The notes beneath the pieces are model-generated. The model was given only the letters and a program-made list of their open reading frames with translations. It did not search any database and was not told the DNA's origin. A stretch of DNA of 22,085 bases, taken from contig JBKHHG010000010.1 of NCBI GenBank assembly GCA_046539225.1, positions 1 through 22,085 of the forward strand, read 5' to 3'. The translations under genes were made by a program, and so were the position numbers. Every line of letters begins with the position of its first letter. The stretch's first letter is position 1. This document shows positions 1 to 7,901 of the stretch, piece by piece. The stretch is from Candidatus Nanohaloarchaea archaeon. Lineage in GTDB: Archaea > Nanohalarchaeota > Nanosalinia > Nanosalinales > Nanosalinaceae.

Positions 1-1009
1 TGTCGCCGAGACCGTCCGCTCCCCCGGGAAAGACTGCTATAACTCCAAGTTCTTCGAAAAGCGCTTTCTCCAGCACTTTCTGGACTCCTGTACCTCCGTA
101 TTCCTCGATAAACTCTCTTATGTCTTTCAGAGCTTTTTTCTGTTGTCCGGTGATCTCTTCCTCCTTCAGGATCTCGAATTCTTGGTCTCCGGGCCAGTAC
201 TCGATCAGGCCTTTCTCATCGGCGTTTTTCAAGGCCTTTTCAGCGTGGGCACTGCAGGGGATGAACTCGATGTGATCGTATTCCTCGTCTTTTAATATCT
301 CCTCAAAGTTTTGCTGCGACTCTTCTTTATCCATCTTGTTCGCGGCCACAACGATCGGCTTGGTCTCTTTCCTTATCTCTCTCGACAGGCCTAACTCGTC
401 TTCATCGTCCCAGGCCTCAGGATCAAGTTCAAGGCCTTGACGCAGGATCAGTTTTTTTATCTGGTTTTTATCGACTTTGAAGGCGGACATCTGCTCCGCC
501 AACTCTTCTTCAAGCTTTACATCCTTCTGCTGTCTCTTGTTACTGAATCTTTCAATACCTTTCCTCAGGATATCGAGGTACCACTGGTCAAGCTCGTTCT
601 CCAGGAAATCGATATCCTTTCTCGGGTCGTGTCCCTCCGTTGGTTCTCCTTCCTCATCGGTCTCCCCTGAAAAATCCACGACATGCACGAGAACATCGGC
701 CTCGTTCAGATCCGTTAAAAACTTGTTGCCAAGGCCTTTCCCCTCATGCGCCCCGGGAACCAGGCCAGCCACATCCACAATCTTCACAGGCACGTAACGC
801 GTACCATCATGGTAGTAACCTACACGGGGATCCGGAGTTTCACCGAAGTCGGGCGCGGCGTCTTCAACCCGTACATAGGCCTCTCCTACTGAAGGCTCGA
901 TAGTTGTGAAAGGATAGCTGGCTTCGTCAACAGTGTTCATGGTGGCGGCGTTGAAAAACGTGGATTTTCCGACGCTTGGCTTACCGACGAGGCCTATCCT
1001 GTAGGGCAT
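1..1009 (-). CDS. ychF: YchF/OLA1-family (archaeal Obg-like) translation-associated ATPase/GTPase; C-terminus runs off the window
   Basis: Manual translation from ATG at 1009 gives MPYRIGLVGKPSVGKSTFFNAAT...YPFTTIEP...DVAGLVPGAHEGKGLGNKFLTDL (G1, G2, G3 motifs). A GGTGG SD-like sequence lies upstream. Absent from the ORF track because there is no stop inside the window. Confidence 0.92.
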   Translation of the reverse strand, partial: MPYRIGLVGKPSVGKSTFFNAATMNTVDEASYPFTTIEPSVGEAYVRVEDAAPDFGETPDPRVGYYHDGTRYVPVKIVDVAGLVPGAHEGKGLGNKFLTDLNEADVLVHVVDFSGETDEEGEPTEGHDPRKDIDFLENELDQWYLDILRKGIERFSNKRQQKDVKLEEELAEQMSAFKVDKNQIKKLILRQGLELDPEAWDDEDELGLSREIRKETKPIVVAANKMDKEESQQNFEEILKDEEYDHIEFIPCSAHAEKALKNADEKGLIEYWPGDQEFEILKEEEITGQQKKALKDIREFIEEYGGTGVQKVLEKALFEELGVIAVFPGGADGLGD

Positions 1010-1071
1010 AACCACCAACGACAGAATGATTTTTAAATACTGTTTTAACATTCAAACTACCAGACCACGTT

Positions 1072-1458
1072 ATGAGACGGCTCGAGCTTCCGGGAAGAGG
1101 CGAGGAGATGCCACGCCTCGAGGAAAGAGACATAGGCCTTATCAGGGAGCTCGGCGTACCCGGCATCAAAAAACAGGTAAAAAATATTGTGGAAAAGAAG
1201 CTCCGGGAACAGCCCGGAAACGACGGCCTCCAGACCCCGAGCGCCGGAAACCCGGTATACAAGGCTATGCATGCGTGCAGGGCCTCCTCCAGGAAAGAGC
1301 TCTCCCGGGCCCACAGGATTCCGGCTGGAAGGCCTTTGAAGGACCGTGAGATAGACTCGGTTGTCAACCTTCTGACCCGGTGGATTGTCAGAGAGTACAA
1401 CTTCTACATAGAGGAAGAGGAGCAGCAGCGCAACCTACAGGAGTTTGTAAAAAGTTAA
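1072..1458 (+). CDS. DUF4186-like protein
   Basis: NDGLQTPSAGNPVYKAMHA...HRIPAGRPL...RWI matches the DUF4186 pattern as I recall it (NDGKQTPxRGHPVFxAQHA...HxIPxGRxL...WI). Confidence 0.7.
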   Translation: MRRLELPGRGEEMPRLEERDIGLIRELGVPGIKKQVKNIVEKKLREQPGNDGLQTPSAGNPVYKAMHACRASSRKELSRAHRIPAGRPLKDREIDSVVNLLTRWIVREYNFYIEEEEQQRNLQEFVKS

Positions 1459-1482
1459 ATCCATAGGAGAGTCGGTTAAATT

Positions 1483-1993
1483 ATGAACGAAAAAACGCTG
1501 AAAAGGCTGGAAAAGTTTGAAAACGTTGAGTTCAGCCAGCGCAGAGACTACTTCATCCCTTAGAGCAAATATAAAGAGACGGAAAGAGTTTGGGAAGAAA
1601 GTAGTAGAATCAGTGGAAACCACTGAGAACAAGAACAATGCCTTGAGCCTTTCACGCACGGAGAAAGAGGTTAAAACGTCTCTAAATGTTATAGCCCGGG
1701 AGATGCGTTAGGGAAAAGATCCGAACCTGACAGATCTCAGGAAACAGGTGCAGCAGGTTGAAAAGATAAAACTGTACCTGATGTACGCGGAGCTCGAGCT
1801 CGAAGAATGTATAGAAGAGGCAAAACATCTTCCCAGGATGAGAGAAAAACTCGAGAAAAAATACGATATAAATGTGGAAGCAGAAGCCGAAGACATCAGG
1901 GAAGAGGCCTCACGCGTAAAACAGCTAAATGAGAACAACGATGAACTCGCCAACTTTATAGAAGAAAAAGACTACGAATTCCCCGAGCTCTGA
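1483..1993 (+). pseudogene. Disrupted hypothetical helical protein (one frameshift plus one in-frame TAG)
   Basis: The frame from ATG 1483 (MNEKTLKRLEKFENVEFSQRRDYFIP) stops at TAG 1561. The +1 frame continues LRANIKRR..., hits TAG at 1709-1711, then reads on in the same frame to 1993. Confidence 0.5.
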
Positions 1994-2068
1994 CTGCCTT
2001 AAAGAGAATAGAGGCCTTGAGAACCCGGGCTCCGAAAAGATTTAAGGTTTTATATAACTCCTGTACCT

Positions 2069-2380
2069 ATGGCAGACGATCCTGAAGCTGGAGAACCTGA
2101 AAACTATGTTGAGGCGGTTGAACATTTCTACGGCACAGGTGAAGGGATCGAAGGCCTTATGGGGTACGCAAAGGAAACCGATGGAACACTTGAAGACATA
2201 GTCCTCATATACATGGAAAAAGTAGTGTCTTCCAGCCCTAAATCAATTGTAGGAGATGCCTTAGATCCGAAAAAAGCAATAGAGGCGGCGAAAGATGTAG
2301 AGGAGGTAGCAGAAAGCTTCAACATGGAACTCTCCGAAGACTTCTACCAGGTAAAAGAAGAACTAAAAGAGAAATTATAG
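2069..2380 (+). CDS. Hypothetical acidic protein, 103 aa
   Basis: ATG start about 15-20 nt after a TTTTATATAA TATA-like box. Acidic composition is typical of the other genes here. Confidence 0.75.
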   Translation: MADDPEAGEPENYVEAVEHFYGTGEGIEGLMGYAKETDGTLEDIVLIYMEKVVSSSPKSIVGDALDPKKAIEAAKDVEEVAESFNMELSEDFYQVKEELKEKL

Positions 2381-3676
2381 GAAGTCCTCGCTTTCCAGAT
2401 GCTCAACTACTTCATCCCTGTCAAGCTTCTCTTCCTCGCCTGAATCCATGTGCTTCATCGTAACCTCATCGTTCTCCAAGTCCTGCTCTCCAACAATCAA
2501 AACACGTTTCGCGTTCATCTCATCAGCATAACCAAGTTGTTGGCCGAAGCTTCTTCCAGCCAGATCTGTTTCCACAGATAGGCCTTTCTCACGCAACCTG
2601 GTTGCATAGTCGAGGCCGATCTCTCTCACGGATTCAGAGACTGTCAGAACGTAGACATCTGTCTCAACTTCTTTCAGAGGGTACCGGTCCTCCTTCTTCA
2701 GCAGTTCGATGACAGGCGAGTAACCGAAAGCGAATCCTACAGCAGGAACTTCTCGGTCGCCGTACTCTCCAACCAGTTCATCGTAACGGCCGCCGCCGAA
2801 CAACGCTCTCAACTCTCCTTCCGAGTCGAAGGCTTCAAAGACCAGGCCTGTATAGTATGCGAGGCCCCTGACAATCGAGAGGTCGAAACGGCACATGTCA
2901 AGGACGTTGTAGGCGTCGAGCGCGTCTCTCAACTCTCTCATCCTGTCGATTCTTCCTTCAAGCTCTGTGGGAGCGATCTTCTCCAGCTCGTCCAGCTGAG
3001 CGTCGAAGCCGCCGGAAATATCCTTGATCTCGTCGACCTTCCTGATCTCCTCCTGTTCAAGCCCGATCTCCTCCAGCTCCTCCAGGAATTCTTCTCGAGA
3101 CATTTTCTCCTCGCCGTCAATCACCTTCATAACCTCCTCAGGCGAGGAAACATCGTTTAACTCCAGGTAGTCCTGCACCAGCTTCCTGTCACTGATCTTG
3201 AAGACGACTCGGTCATCCAGATCCAGCTTCTGGAAGACCGTCGCTGCAGCAGCGATAACCTCGGCATCCGCCTCCACAGATTCTATTCCGAAGATGTCGA
3301 AGTCGCCTTGAAGGAATTCACGGTCTCTTCCCCGTGTAACGTCTTCGTACCTCCATCTTTTCGAGGTGTTGTACCATTTGACCGGTGTCTTCAGGTCTTT
3401 CCGCTTCTGCATCAACCGGGCGCGGGTAGGCGTCTGCTCCGGCACCAACGCAATCTCTTTATCTCCTTTATCGGTGAAAGCGTACATCTCGTCCGTCACC
3501 GAGTCCTCTTCTTTCTCCGTCCACAGCTCCTGCCTCTCGATGCTCGGGGGGTCGATCGGCCGGAAACCAAATTCTTAGGCGGTTTCCTCCACTGTTTCAA
3601 TCAAGTACTTCCACGTCGCCCACTCATCAGGATAACGGTCGTAAGTCCCCTTCAAAGATTCCAGTTCAACTGTCAT
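2375..3676 (-). CDS. hisS: Histidine--tRNA ligase with an in-frame TAA at codon 34
   Basis: Motifs LKGTYD, RWRYE..RGRDREFLQ (motif 2), RGLAYYTG and GGGRYD, plus a C-terminal anticodon-binding domain. The real start is ATG 3676, which overlaps the upstream stop as ATGA. TAA at 3575-3577 truncates the provided ORF call. Confidence 0.9.
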
Positions 3677-4452
3677 TTTTGTGTAGCCTCTTGTTGGAAG
3701 ATTCTTTCCGAGTTTTTATACTGGTTTTGCGTTCTCTGAAATCTTCCTAGCCTACTTGTCATTCCGTTGACAGCTTCGTATTCAAGCCCTGCCTCTTCAG
3801 CCGTATTTCCTGAGACAAACATGTATACGCCTGCGACTTCTTCAGAGGATTCAGCCAAGATTTCTTCTTCATCTGCATTGCTTCTGTATTCGGAGAATGT
3901 TGAGTAGTCTGGTGTGGAGTTCCAGTATCTTTCTGCAGCTGCTATCCCTAATGACTGGAATTCCTGAGGTATCAGGACGGTTTCAGGCTCTGTTTCCAAG
4001 TCTGTATTCATTGCTCCCCATTTCACTTCGTCGCCGAGAACTTCAACAAGTTGGTATCCGTTCTCTGCAGCGGTTTCTTCTACGACTTCATTGAAGGATT
4101 TGTTGATTTCCTGAGTGGAGTAATTTTCCTCAACTAAATGGTCGAATCCCTGGTAGAACTCGTCCGGGGTGGAGTTTACTGGGTTTGCCTGATAGGATTC
4201 AACTGTTTTATCTTCAAGTTCTGCACTGGTGAATACAGGTCTTCGGAAGTTTCTTCCTGTGTCTTTGAATTCCACTGATTCAAGACGTTCTACAGCTCTT
4301 TCAACCCAATGACGGTTTAATCCTCTCTTCGCGTACAACTTGCCAACACCGTTGAGAACATCCAGTATGAATTCTGTATCGAACTCTTCGGAGAGCTCTT
4401 GCTCTAGCGCAATACCGGCGTTTCTACCTTTCTCAGGGACATAGATGAACAT
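3673..4452 (-). CDS. Hypothetical protein with weak similarity to ATP phosphoribosyltransferase (HisG fold)
   Basis: About 259-aa acidic ORF with GGTGA SD just before ATG 4452. IYVPEKGR and VSGNTAEEAGL resemble HisG IAxPxKGRL and VxTGxTLxxNGL. The CDS is well supported; the function is tentative. Confidence 0.6.
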   Translation of the reverse strand: MFIYVPEKGRNAGIALEQELSEEFDTEFILDVLNGVGKLYAKRGLNRHWVERAVERLESVEFKDTGRNFRRPVFTSAELEDKTVESYQANPVNSTPDEFYQGFDHLVEENYSTQEINKSFNEVVEETAAENGYQLVEVLGDEVKWGAMNTDLETEPETVLIPQEFQSLGIAAAERYWNSTPDYSTFSEYRSNADEEEILAESSEEVAGVYMFVSGNTAEEAGLEYEAVNGMTSRLGRFQRTQNQYKNSERIFQQEATQK

Positions 4453-4463
4453 ACTCACCTGTG

Positions 4464-4709
4464 TTACTCACAGAGAACCACCTCGACCTTTCCATCGCTG
4501 AAGGAGAAGCTCTTCACCGATCCCAGTTCCTGGATAAACTGGAGGGCTTCCTGGAAGTCTTCTACCTCTCGGGTCAGTACTTTAACCGTTTCAACCGTGA
4601 TTGAGAGCCGGCCTCCTTTTTCCAGTTCAAGTTTGTCTCTGATCCTGGCCGGTACAGTTACTCGGCCTTTGGAGTCAAGAGTTGCTGAGAACGAAACCTG
4701 GGTGAACAC
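4464..4709 (-). CDS. AbrB/MazE/SpoVT-family DNA-binding protein
   Basis: TLDSKGRVTVPARIRDKLELEKG is the swapped-hairpin signature. Probable GTG start at 4709 after AAGGAAG. Confidence 0.85.
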   Translation of the reverse strand: MFTQVSFSATLDSKGRVTVPARIRDKLELEKGGRLSITVETVKVLTREVEDFQEALQFIQELGSVKSFSFSDGKVEVVLCE

Positions 4710-4710
4710 C

Positions 4711-4923
4711 ACAACTTCCTTTTGATAAGAAGTTGTTCGAGCAGCTTTCCTGCTGAAAGCTGCGACGGCCACTGATGTTTGAAGAAGCGGCCTGAGAATC
4801 TTGGATAGAGTTAGAACTGTTTAGAAGGTTTTGAATTTTATCTGATACTTTGCCGTCTGTGAACGCCGCAGATTCTCCTGATAGAGTATCTGCTTGAGCA
4901 TCCTCTCTCTTTTGAGAGATGAT
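4711..4923. other. Cluster of five stem-loops (candidate structured leader or ncRNA)
   Basis: Inverted repeats at 4711-4718/4729-4736, 4741-4749/4755-4763, 4801-4818/4827-4845 (G-U rich), 4868-4877/4884-4893 and 4904-4909/4914-4919. Confidence 0.45.
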
Positions 4924-5043
4924 CGTAGTCACCTTTCATTGGTATCGCCTACGTTTAAGCTGGAGAGAATCATTTTTAAACCGTTTTGGGAGAAGTGTGG
5001 GAGAACAGGAAATAACTTATACTGTGACCTGAAATAATGCATT

Positions 5044-5175
5044 ATGGAGTTCAACCTTTCCATTCTCGGCTTCCTTGGAGTGCTTGGAGTTTTAGGCGTG
5101 TTTTCGCGGCCGGAGCTCTTCGCTCTGTTCGCCTTATTCGCGCTCTTCGGCCTTGACAGGGAAGTCGAGCTTTGA
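5044..5175 (+). CDS. 43-aa small hydrophobic membrane protein (DUF3796-like tripeptide repeats)
   Basis: MEFNLSILGFLGVLGVLGVFSRPELFALFALFALFGLDREVEL; TATA-like ACTTATAC about 25 nt upstream. Too short for the ORF track. Confidence 0.65.
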   Translation: MEFNLSILGFLGVLGVLGVFSRPELFALFALFALFGLDREVEL

Positions 5176-5742
5176 CTCGTTGAAGGGAAGTTTTTCCAGT
5201 AATTTTTTCTCTACTTTTTCGGTCCATCTTGAGAACTTTTCAATGTATTCCCCAAAATTTCCGAGTATCAGGACGGCTACAAGGCCTATGATTGCTGAAG
5301 CCACTATATCGAGCGGGTAGTGTTCTCCTCCGATTACACGCGCCAATCCGTTCAGTACCGCTAAGATCAGGAATATATACCCGGTCTTCTTTCTTTTCCT
5401 GTAGAGAAGTGCGATGGCGAACGTGAACATTGTCGCGGCGTGCTGACTTGGGAAACTGTCTTCAACTCCTGTGCCGAGAAGGGTTTCATGCACCATGTAC
5501 GGCGAGGCCTGGTAGTAGGCCTGTGCAACTATGTAGGAGAGGCCTATGCCGAGTACGGTGGCGAAAAACGTGAAGAACGAGTCCTCCCGGAGTTTTTCTC
5601 TCTTCAGGAACAGGACTATGAGGGTTAACGGGATGAGAAGTACGGGCAGCTCCGCCATTCCGATTACAGTGAGGTCGAGCCACGGGTTTATCCCTGTGAA
5701 GCTTCTCAAGGCCTCCGCCAAGAAATAGTTGTACTCCAGCAT
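5134..5742 (-). CDS. PAP2-family phosphatase (BcrC-like polyprenyl-diphosphatase)
   Basis: SFPSQH and ARVIGGEHYPLD motifs, several TM helices. The first PAP2 motif (K..RP) is degenerate (QASP). Confidence 0.85.
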   Translation of the reverse strand: MLEYNYFLAEALRSFTGINPWLDLTVIGMAELPVLLIPLTLIVLFLKREKLREDSFFTFFATVLGIGLSYIVAQAYYQASPYMVHETLLGTGVEDSFPSQHAATMFTFAIALLYRKRKKTGYIFLILAVLNGLARVIGGEHYPLDIVASAIIGLVAVLILGNFGEYIEKFSRWTEKVEKKLLEKLPFNESKLDFPVKAEERE

Positions 5743-5796
5743 TTATACCCGGGTTTGGGTTCAGGGTACTTAAAATTAAAGTTTCACAGCTTGTTT

Positions 5797-5958
5797 ATGG
5801 CACAGAAATTCGAGGAAGCCGAGGAACGCATCTTCAAGAATGTCTACGTCTGCAGGAGATGCAACGCCAAGAACAAGACGCAGAACCCTGAGGAAACCTC
5901 CTGCAGGAAATGCGGTTACTCGCACCTCAGAAAGAAGAACGACCAGTTCGCAGGATGA
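5797..5958 (+). CDS. rpl40e: 50S ribosomal protein L40e
   Basis: MAQKFEEAEERIF...VCRRCNAKN...CRKCGYSHLRKK. ATG at 5797 is the likely start. Confidence 0.92.
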   Translation: MAQKFEEAEERIFKNVYVCRRCNAKNKTQNPEETSCRKCGYSHLRKKNDQFAG

Positions 5959-7185
5959 TCAGAGTTCTTTAACTACTTCTTCCGCGAACTCAGAGGTGGA
6001 GAGCTCCTCACCGCCTTCGATCTGTCTGTGGAGGTCATACGTTACTTTTTTCGCGGAAATAGTTTTTTCCAGTGCGTCTCTGACTTTTTCTGCGGCATCC
6101 TTCCAGCCGAGGTGTTCAAACAGTATGCAGCCGGAGAGGATTAACGCGGTCGGATTTGCCTTGTCCTTCCCTGCGTGTTTCGGAGCGGAGCCGTGGACAG
6201 GTTCCGCTACTATTCTTTTATCGCCGATGTTGGCGCCTGGCGCAATCCCAAGACCGCCTATCTGGGCTCCAGCCGCATCGCTGAGATAGTCGCCGTTCAG
6301 GTTCATCGTAGCAATTATATCATAATTCTCTGTTCTCGTCAAAAGCTGTTGAAGCATGTTGTCCGCGATCCTATCCTTCACAACAACCTTCCCCTCCGGC
6401 CTTTCACCATCATGTTCCTCCCAGAGTTCGTCCTCGGTTATGGTTTCTTCGGGGAACTCTTCTTCCGCGACCTCGTACCCCCAGTCCTTGAAAGCTCCCT
6501 CAGTGAACTTCATGATATTGCCTTTGTGAACCAGCGTAACTGATTCCCGGTCGTTCTCAACCGCGTATTCAATCGCTTTTCTGACCAGACGCTTGGTTCC
6601 AAACTCGCTGACAGGTTTGACGCCGATTCCGACGTCTCCTTTATGGATTGTGTCGTTGAAACCCATTTCGTCTTCGACAAAGCCGCGGACCTTTTCAACT
6701 TCTGAAGTTCCTGCCTCCCATTCAATCCCGGCGTAGACGTCCTCCGTGTTTTCTCTGAAAGTTACCATATCCATTTTCTCCGGGTTTTTGACTGGAGAGG
6801 GAACTCCTTCAAGATGGAACGTGGGACGGACGTTAACGTATAGATCCAGTTTCTTCCTCAATGCAACGTTCAGAGAACGGAAGCCGCTGCCGACCGGAGT
6901 AGTCAAAGGCCCTTTCAACGCAACATTAAACTCTTTGATCGCTTCAATGGTTTCCCGGGGAAGGTTCTCCCCATACTTTTCGCGGGCGGATTCTCCCGCG
7001 TAAAGCCGCATCCACTCAATGTTCCTTCCTGTCTCCTCCGCTGCTTTTTCAAGGACTTTTCTGGCGGCCGGCATCACGTCTTTTCCGATGCCATCTCCCT
7101 GGATGAACGGTATAACCGGGTTGGAAGAGGCTTCGAGGCCTTCAATTTTATCGGCTTTCGGAGGTTCAACTTTCTCGTACTCCAT
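5959..7185 (-). CDS. icd: NADP-dependent isocitrate dehydrogenase
   Basis: GDGIG, KGPLTTPVGSGFRSLNVALR, RENTEDVYAGIE, VHKGNIMKFTEG, NLNGDYLSD and EPVHGSAPK motifs. Confidence 0.96.
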   Translation of the reverse strand: MEYEKVEPPKADKIEGLEASSNPVIPFIQGDGIGKDVMPAARKVLEKAAEETGRNIEWMRLYAGESAREKYGENLPRETIEAIKEFNVALKGPLTTPVGSGFRSLNVALRKKLDLYVNVRPTFHLEGVPSPVKNPEKMDMVTFRENTEDVYAGIEWEAGTSEVEKVRGFVEDEMGFNDTIHKGDVGIGVKPVSEFGTKRLVRKAIEYAVENDRESVTLVHKGNIMKFTEGAFKDWGYEVAEEEFPEETITEDELWEEHDGERPEGKVVVKDRIADNMLQQLLTRTENYDIIATMNLNGDYLSDAAGAQIGGLGIAPGANIGDKRIVAEPVHGSAPKHAGKDKANPTALILSGCILFEHLGWKDAAEKVRDALEKTISAKKVTYDLHRQIEGGEELSTSEFAEEVVKEL

Positions 7186-7343
7186 AACTGTTTTTTCTGC
7201 GTGAAGGCCTGTAAATCTTTGGGTCGTATAGAGAAAGGCATTAAGCGAAAAATGGTCGGCTCTATAATTCCTCCGATAAGGATAGGCCTCACCTCTTTAT
7301 AGGAGAGGTTTAAGAAAATAGGCCTCAACTGTATCTGTAGAAG

Positions 7344-7490
7344 GCCGCATTAGCTCAGCGGTAGAGCGCGTCCTTGGTACGACTGGTTACGCTCAGGTCG
7401 ACACGCAATAAGGCATTCAAGGAATGCCTTTGAAAATGGAATCGGTCAATGAATAGGACGAGGCCCCGGGTTCAAATCCCGGATGTGGCT
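7344..7490 (+). tRNA. tRNA-Thr(GGT) with 75-nt intron (7380-7454) at position 37/38
   Basis: Acceptor GCCGCAT/ATGTGGC, D-stem GCTC/GAGC, anticodon stem CGTCC/GGACG, GGT at 7376-7378, T-arm CCGGG-TTCAAAT-CCCGG. Confidence 0.9.
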
Positions 7491-7539
7491 TTTCCTCCGG
7501 TTGAACCGGATAAATAAGTCTTTGAGTTAACTGGTCTTT

Positions 7540-7887
7540 ATGGAGGATCTGCGGAAGGAGTTGGCGAGGCTGAAGGATCTGAATGAGCGGCAGTTCAACG
7601 GTTTTAAATCGAATTTCTACGTTGTGAAGGCTGCACTGCGTTATTACTCGGAGAATCAAGGCCTTTCGTTTAATGCTTCGCGTCTGGCGGACGAGTTTCC
7701 TTTAAGCGTTCCTGCTGCAGGTTCTTCCCTCAAAATGCTTTCGGAACTCGGAGTGATCGAGCCAAGAAATGATTCGGGCTCCGCTGACAGGTATATGCCC
7801 CGGGACGTCGATCTTGGAAGGCTTTTGAAGGTTGAAGAAGTCTTGGTTGAGCAGCTGGAGATAGAAAAATTTGAAAAACAAGGATAA
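7540..7887 (+). CDS. Hypothetical protein with probable winged-helix DNA-binding domain
   Basis: FNASRLADEFPLSVPAAGSSLKMLSELGVIE has the wHTH pattern followed by a wing. Confidence 0.6.
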   Translation: MEDLRKELARLKDLNERQFNGFKSNFYVVKAALRYYSENQGLSFNASRLADEFPLSVPAAGSSLKMLSELGVIEPRNDSGSADRYMPRDVDLGRLLKVEEVLVEQLEIEKFEKQG

Positions 7888-7901
7888 AGGCCTTTTGAGG
7901 C

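Noticed and set aside
1561..3577. Stop-codon reassignment suggested by internal TAG and TAA
   Set aside because: TAA, TAG and TGA all end well-defined genes elsewhere in the window, and long genes have no internal stops.
2375..3676. Calling the synthetase HisZ
   Set aside because: It keeps the anticodon-binding domain and HisRS motifs typical of a true HisRS.
4675..4932. 85-aa ORF upstream of abrB
   Set aside because: Ser/Asn/Gln-rich and non-acidic, overlaps abrB, has no recognisable motif, and is better explained by RNA structure. Not fully excluded.
7380..7454. tRNA introns as box C/D guides or group I introns
   Set aside because: No properly arranged RUGAUGA/CUGA boxes. They are too short for a group I core, and the junctions are BHB-type at 37/38.
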